Assembly: GCA_963749495.1 (NCBI GenBank)
Contig: CAVVMW010000008.1
Span: forward strand, 96,001 to 160,000
DNA: 64,000 nucleotides
Direction of reading: 5' to 3'
Source of the DNA: an uncultured bacterium
Lineage (GTDB): Bacteria > Verrucomicrobiota > Verrucomicrobiia > Limisphaerales > UBA8199
Notes under the pieces: generated by a model
What the model was told of the DNA's origin: nothing
Database searches by the model: none
Seen by the model: the letters and a program-made list of their open reading frames with translations, nothing else
Shown here: piece by piece, positions 63,201 through 64,000 of the stretch
Position numbering within the stretch: position 1 is the first letter of the stretch
Layout of the letters: each line of letters begins with the position of its first letter
Made by a program: the position numbers and the translations under genes

Positions 63201-63741
63201 CCTCATAAGGCCGAGCAGTGACCAGAAGGATGTGGATACGGTCTCGGGGCAACTGCTCCGAGAGCGGCGGCGGGTCCGGCAGGTTGTAGTTGAGCCGGCG
63301 TTCAATCCCGGTCTGGTAGGCCAGCACGCCGGTCTCCGGGTCGTTCAGGGCTTCCCAGGGCCAGGAGAGGACGGCGGGGTCATCGCTGGAGATCTGGAGC
63401 CGCAGAGGCTGAGCTCCGCCATCGTGCCTCCGGCGCGCCTCGATGAACCAGTCCCGGGCCTTGCCGGACTGGAAAAGGGCGTCGAAGGCCTGAGTGCCCC
63501 AGGCTTTGAGCGCCTCCTCGACATAGGTGGCCTGGTCGGTGCGGGGTGGAAAGGGGTAATCCAGGAAGTCCTCGAGGTACCAGCGCAATTGGCCCATCAG
63601 GTGGTCGTTGGGCCGCTCCTGGACGGGAAACTGGTAGGGCGAGGGCACCTCCACCGCCAGCGCGCGCTGGCCGTTGGAGCGGATGACCTCGAAGCGGGCG
63701 GGCTCAGTCCCCGCCAGATGGCTGATGATTATCGCGTCCAT
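60205..63741 (-). CDS. CHAT (caspase-like/separase-family protease)-STAND NTPase (NB-ARC-like)-TPR protein, ~1180 aa
   Basis: LSWPWEAL, ILHFDGHG (His), VLNACQS (Cys), DWLVPVVY; FVGR, GLGGIGKT (Walker A), IIVWDNFE (Walker B), IITSR, GHPLA, FQLHPLL; C-terminal TPRs. Confidence 0.9.
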   Translation of the reverse strand: MDAIIISHLAGTEPARFEVIRSNGQRALAVEVPSPYQFPVQERPNDHLMGQLRWYLEDFLDYPFPPRTDQATYVEEALKAWGTQAFDALFQSGKARDWFIEARRRHDGGAQPLRLQISSDDPAVLSWPWEALNDPETGVLAYQTGIERRLNYNLPDPPPLSEQLPRDRIHILLVTARPYEGDVQYRSISRPLVDLIKREKLPAVVDLLRPPTFDQLREHLRKHPHRYHILHFDGHGAYHPEAIPGGHAEMFKPGGVEGQVVFEDKEGKAHAVSAGELSDLLREQAVPLVVLNACQSAMLDAEAREPFASVAAALLRTGIRSVVAMSYSVTLTGAREFLPPFYRALFQSGDVAEAVRRGRQEMRAHGQRSRLNPALQLQDWLVPVVYQQEPVELTFTENAEVAPAPAVKGPAPGAEEEHEAYSFVGRDGAFLELERALGRKPTSILIHGLGGIGKTRLARVFLRWLGDTGGLGEGWFWFTFNAIRSAPCVFNDMGRALLGPQFGAGSVQQSLDQLVAVLWERRFIIVWDNFESVRGNPEAGVSAMLPEADQNLLLEFVVKLRGGASKVIITSRGEEEWLGPQNCFGLRLGGLHGEDVWDFAAQILDDLGLTVDRKNPELGELLRGLGGHPLAMQAVLVQLRQKTPAQARAALEGLLTGKGPQADPTLSKLNACLDFVRGSLPTDLQPFLVPLSLYEEFADVMSLQQMTEDVRMGLQAEGASQVLEVLGVAGLVHDIGGGVLFQLHPLLTSYLRSRARATAQQSGAELWIKAFVGAMGNLANTLVPKELRDQRKIFRFHGSNLYRAAREAERLKITTSFMALIQFLASFAFHTRNLVEAQRLYQRLAEESKKADWAEAAGVAYHQLGRVLEEQRQFAQAIDSYSTSLAIKEKRGDEHGAASTYHQLGRIAEEQRDFAGATRWYLKAVEVFEKQADDPRAAMTYHQLGIIAQEQKDFAQAQHWFGKSMKIKQKQGDEHGAATSYHHFGMIAEAQSDFAQAEQWYLKALEIKEKRGDERGAAGTYHQLGINAQKQGKHAQAKRWYFRSLAISEKHGDESGAATTYHNLGVIAQQERDFAQARQWYSRSLEIKQNQGDEHGAAIIWCLLGIIEREQGNHAEAGRWFIKAASSLLKRNDLAMSRRAVVNFLVLLRSASAEDQAQLRAMWQEAGLPSLLETNKPT
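60350..61200 (-). repeat. About seven tandem 120-bp (40-aa) TPR repeats
   Basis: Consensus GDEHGAAxTYHQLGxIAxxQxDFAQAxxWYxKxLEIKEKx. Confidence 0.85.
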
Positions 63742-64000
63742 GGAATTGCCAACCATAAGCTCGATCAAAGATTCGGATTTCTCCTTCCGAAAGGCAAACG
63801 ATAACGGCAGGACGGCGGGCACGGCGCCACAGCAAAGCCAGGGCACCGAGGCCACCGCCGCTCGTTGGCATGCCGGACCAACCAGTCAATCCGGCAATTG
63901 GTGTCGTTCCGCGTGGACCCGTGCTGCGCGATGGACCTTCCAACCGGAGTTTTCTGTTCCTGCGAGGTTGAAGTTTGAAATCTGGCCCCCATTCGTGGGT

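Noticed and set aside
1..64000. CRISPR array, tRNA/rRNA, integrase, transposase, reverse transcriptase/DGR
   Set aside because: No regularly spaced repeats outside coding TPR and Pro/Gly arrays, and no such motifs were recognised by eye. The 20769/30885 repeat mismatches are not adenine-specific.
63704..64000. Short minus-strand ORFs upstream of the CHAT gene as its substrate/partner
   Set aside because: Truncated by the window edge, overlapping the CHAT start, and no recognisable family.

Overview
GC-rich bacterial window. The gene families suggest Verrucomicrobiota/PVC, but this is an inference with no marker gene present. It is almost entirely an accessory glycan-degradation region of about 24 mostly exported proteins: two GH2, DUF4091/GH123-like, GH55, GH9, GH78, GH172/DUF2961, DUF6067, heparinase II/III-like, parallel beta-helix, esterases, a PQQ propeller and several hypotheticals. 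Two unrelated cytoplasmic NLR-like (STAND) genes sit among them. One is a ~1620-aa PD-(D/E)xK nuclease-STAND-helical protein resembling Avs antiphage sensors (13534-18406, split by apparent single-base indels). The other is a CHAT(caspase-like)-STAND-TPR protein (60205-63741). The most striking hidden structure is a high density of deletion scars: genes reduced to start plus end, 5' stubs that keep a leaderless promoter in front of an intact downstream gene (including a comM stub and a stub homologous to another promoter/gene start in this window), and in-frame fusions of unrelated enzymes. Many single-base frameshifts look like long-read consensus errors. No tRNA, rRNA, CRISPR array, integrase or transposase was recognised. 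All family calls come from motif recognition by eye, not database searches.
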